A DNA stretch of 64,000 nt from Gemmatimonadales bacterium. GTDB lineage: Bacteria; Gemmatimonadota; Gemmatimonadetes; Gemmatimonadales; GWC2-71-9. Both the position numbers and the translations under genes were made by a program. Shown here piece by piece: positions 62,534 through 64,000 of the stretch (positions are counted from its first letter, which is position 1; each line of letters opens with the position of its first letter). Where the stretch lies: contig DATEHG010000069.1 of assembly GCA_035279705.1 (NCBI GenBank), forward strand, positions 6,091 to 70,090, given 5' to 3'. Under the pieces are notes generated by a model that was given only the letters and a program-made list of their open reading frames with translations, searched no databases and was not told where the DNA came from.

Positions 62534-63014
62534 GTGTGAGATCGGCGTAGCCGCCGCGGTAATACAGCAACGGGTGTCCCTCCGTCGTGCTCCCCCCGGT
62601 GACCCGACCGACGAACAGGGTGTGGTCGCCCAGCTCGTGGGCGGCGAAGTACTCGCATTCGATGTGGGCCAGCACCCCTTCGAGTACGGGGAGCTGGCCC
62701 GCCGTCATCCGGTATCCTACTCCGGCAAACCGGTCCGCTGTTTGTTCCCCGGCGAAACGGCGGGACAACCCTTCCTGGCCGGCCGAGAGGAGGTTGACGA
62801 CGAACGGACGGCGGTCGGCCAGGACCCGGTGAGTCTCCGCCTGGCGATCGATGCAGACGGACAGCAGCGGCGGTGCCAGCGACACCGAGGAGAGGGAGTT
62901 GGCCGTCATGCCCACCGGTGCCCCATCCATGCCGCGTGCCGTGATGACCGCGACGCCGGTGGGGAAGTGGCCAAGCAGCTGGCGGAAGAGCGCGGTGTCG
63001 ACGTCGGTGGTCAT
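62529..63014 (-). CDS. Flavin reductase (FMN-binding split-barrel) family protein
   Basis: 161 aa: …LFRQLLGHFPTGVAVITARGMDGAPVGMTANSLSSVSLAPPLL…. Confidence 0.85.
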   Translation of the reverse strand: MTTDVDTALFRQLLGHFPTGVAVITARGMDGAPVGMTANSLSSVSLAPPLLSVCIDRQAETHRVLADRRPFVVNLLSAGQEGLSRRFAGEQTADRFAGVGYRMTAGQLPVLEGVLAHIECEYFAAHELGDHTLFVGRVTGGSTTEGHPLLYYRGGYADLTP

Positions 63015-64000
63015 CAGAGCAGCATGCGCGCGAGGAAGACCGGATTGAGCACGGCCGCAGCCGGGAGGCAGTCACCGGTGACGCCGATCAGGGTGTCCGC
63101 CATTCCCGCCCGCTGGCCAAGCCGCCGGACGGCGTGATTGAAGAGTGCGGGCCAGAGCATCGCATAGCCAATGAGCCGCTCGACTCCCCACGTACCGAGG
63201 AACTCCTGGCGCCGCCGCGCCGCGTAGGGGGCCAGATGCCGGGCCGTGATCCGCTCCGACCGTTCGAACAGCGGGATCAGGCATTCCGCTGCCAGCTCGG
63301 CACCCCGCAGCGCGCGATAGATCCCCTCACCAGTGAAGGGATCGAAGAAGTCCGCGGCATCGCCCACGAGGAGAGCCCCGTCGCGAACGACGGGACGCGT
63401 CCGCGCCGCGAAGGGACCCGTCACCAGGATTTCCCGAACCACCCGATCGGGAGAGATGCGGCCCCGGACGTCCGGCAGGTCATCGAGCGCGGCGAAGAAG
63501 AAATCGGCCACGCGGCCGCCGGCCAGCGTGGCCCGGTGCGCCGGCACGACGAGAGCGACATTCGTCACGCCCCCGCCGATCGGATTGAGACCCGCGTATC
63601 CCTCCGGGCCCACATGCAGTTCGGCAGACCCTCCGAGACCCGAGACGTCCTCGACATGGGCGACGAACGCCATGCGGGACGGTGTGCCGAGCGTGCGGCG
63701 TCCCGCCCGGCGCGCCACCACGGAGCGGAGACCATCGGCGCCAACCGTGATCCGGGCCCTCACCTCATGGTGAGCGCCGTCTTCGCCGCGGAGCTTCGCT
63801 CCCTGCACTTCGCCGCCGTTCTCGATCAATTCGACGACGGAAACGCCCTCGACCACCAGGGCGCCGGCGCGGCGAGCGGCGTGGACCAGCTCGGCGTCCA
63901 GAATCCGGCGCGCGACCGAGAGGCCGGTGGACCGCCAGGCCGGGGTGGTAAGGCGGGCGAACTCCCCGCTCAGGCGCGCGCCGCCGGATGCGGTCACGGT
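63014..64000 (-). CDS. FAD-dependent oxidoreductase, geranylgeranyl-reductase/aromatic-hydroxylase-like (C-terminal part; N-terminus beyond the right edge)
   Basis: …ITVGADGLRSVVARR… and …LVGDAADFFDPFTGEGIYRAL… (the GD motif of flavoprotein monooxygenases/reductases). The N-terminal GxGxxG region is not in the window, so the track start at 63997 is not the true start. Confidence 0.8.
   Translation of the reverse strand, partial: TVTASGGARLSGEFARLTTPAWRSTGLSVARRILDAELVHAARRAGALVVEGVSVVELIENGGEVQGAKLRGEDGAHHEVRARITVGADGLRSVVARRAGRRTLGTPSRMAFVAHVEDVSGLGGSAELHVGPEGYAGLNPIGGGVTNVALVVPAHRATLAGGRVADFFFAALDDLPDVRGRISPDRVVREILVTGPFAARTRPVVRDGALLVGDAADFFDPFTGEGIYRALRGAELAAECLIPLFERSERITARHLAPYAARRRQEFLGTWGVERLIGYAMLWPALFNHAVRRLGQRAGMADTLIGVTGDCLPAAAVLNPVFLARMLL

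Overview
High-GC bacterial chromosomal segment from a diderm organism (TolC, porin, Ccm system I and lipoproteins are present). I cannot assign a taxon from the sequence alone. I found no rRNA, tRNA, CRISPR array, transposase or integrase. About 70 protein genes are supported, many joined by 1-8 nt start/stop overlaps (ATGA, GTGA, TGATG). The many long ORFs antisense to them are high-GC artefacts. Main blocks, left to right: metH (5' fragment) behind a terminator-containing leader; yggT-DUF167; acyl-ACP desaturase; an 8-gene chemosensory cluster (cheY, cheY, cheA, cheW, mcp, 678-aa HEAT-repeat protein, cheR, cheB); mgtE; PAP2 phosphatase; a saccharopine-dehydrogenase-like gene; a molybdate block (porin, nonsense-interrupted Mo-oxidoreductase-like gene, HTH-TOBE regulator, modABC); pruA; an amidohydrolase. 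The most unusual region is a PQQ locus on the minus strand. There pqqB is separated from pqqA-C-D-E by three translationally coupled regulators: a PAS-AAA+ protein lacking GAFTGA, a HAMP histidine kinase and an NtrC-type response regulator. A good sigma-54 promoter match and stacked palindromes lie upstream of a 24-aa pqqA that the ORF track does not list, and a Cys-tailed MarR closes the locus. Further right: tetR-tolC-hlyD-MFS efflux; TPR protein and M16 peptidase; a small operon of cNMP-binding protein, serine-less AdoMetDC-like protein and an unknown protein; dsbA-VKOR-kup; acs; STAS-REC-ccmABCD (ccmD is unlisted); aqpZ. The window ends in a five-gene KS/SRPBCC/methyltransferase/flavin-reductase/FAD-oxidoreductase operon that runs off the right edge. 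All functional calls come from my reading of the translated ORFs and motifs; no database search was run.
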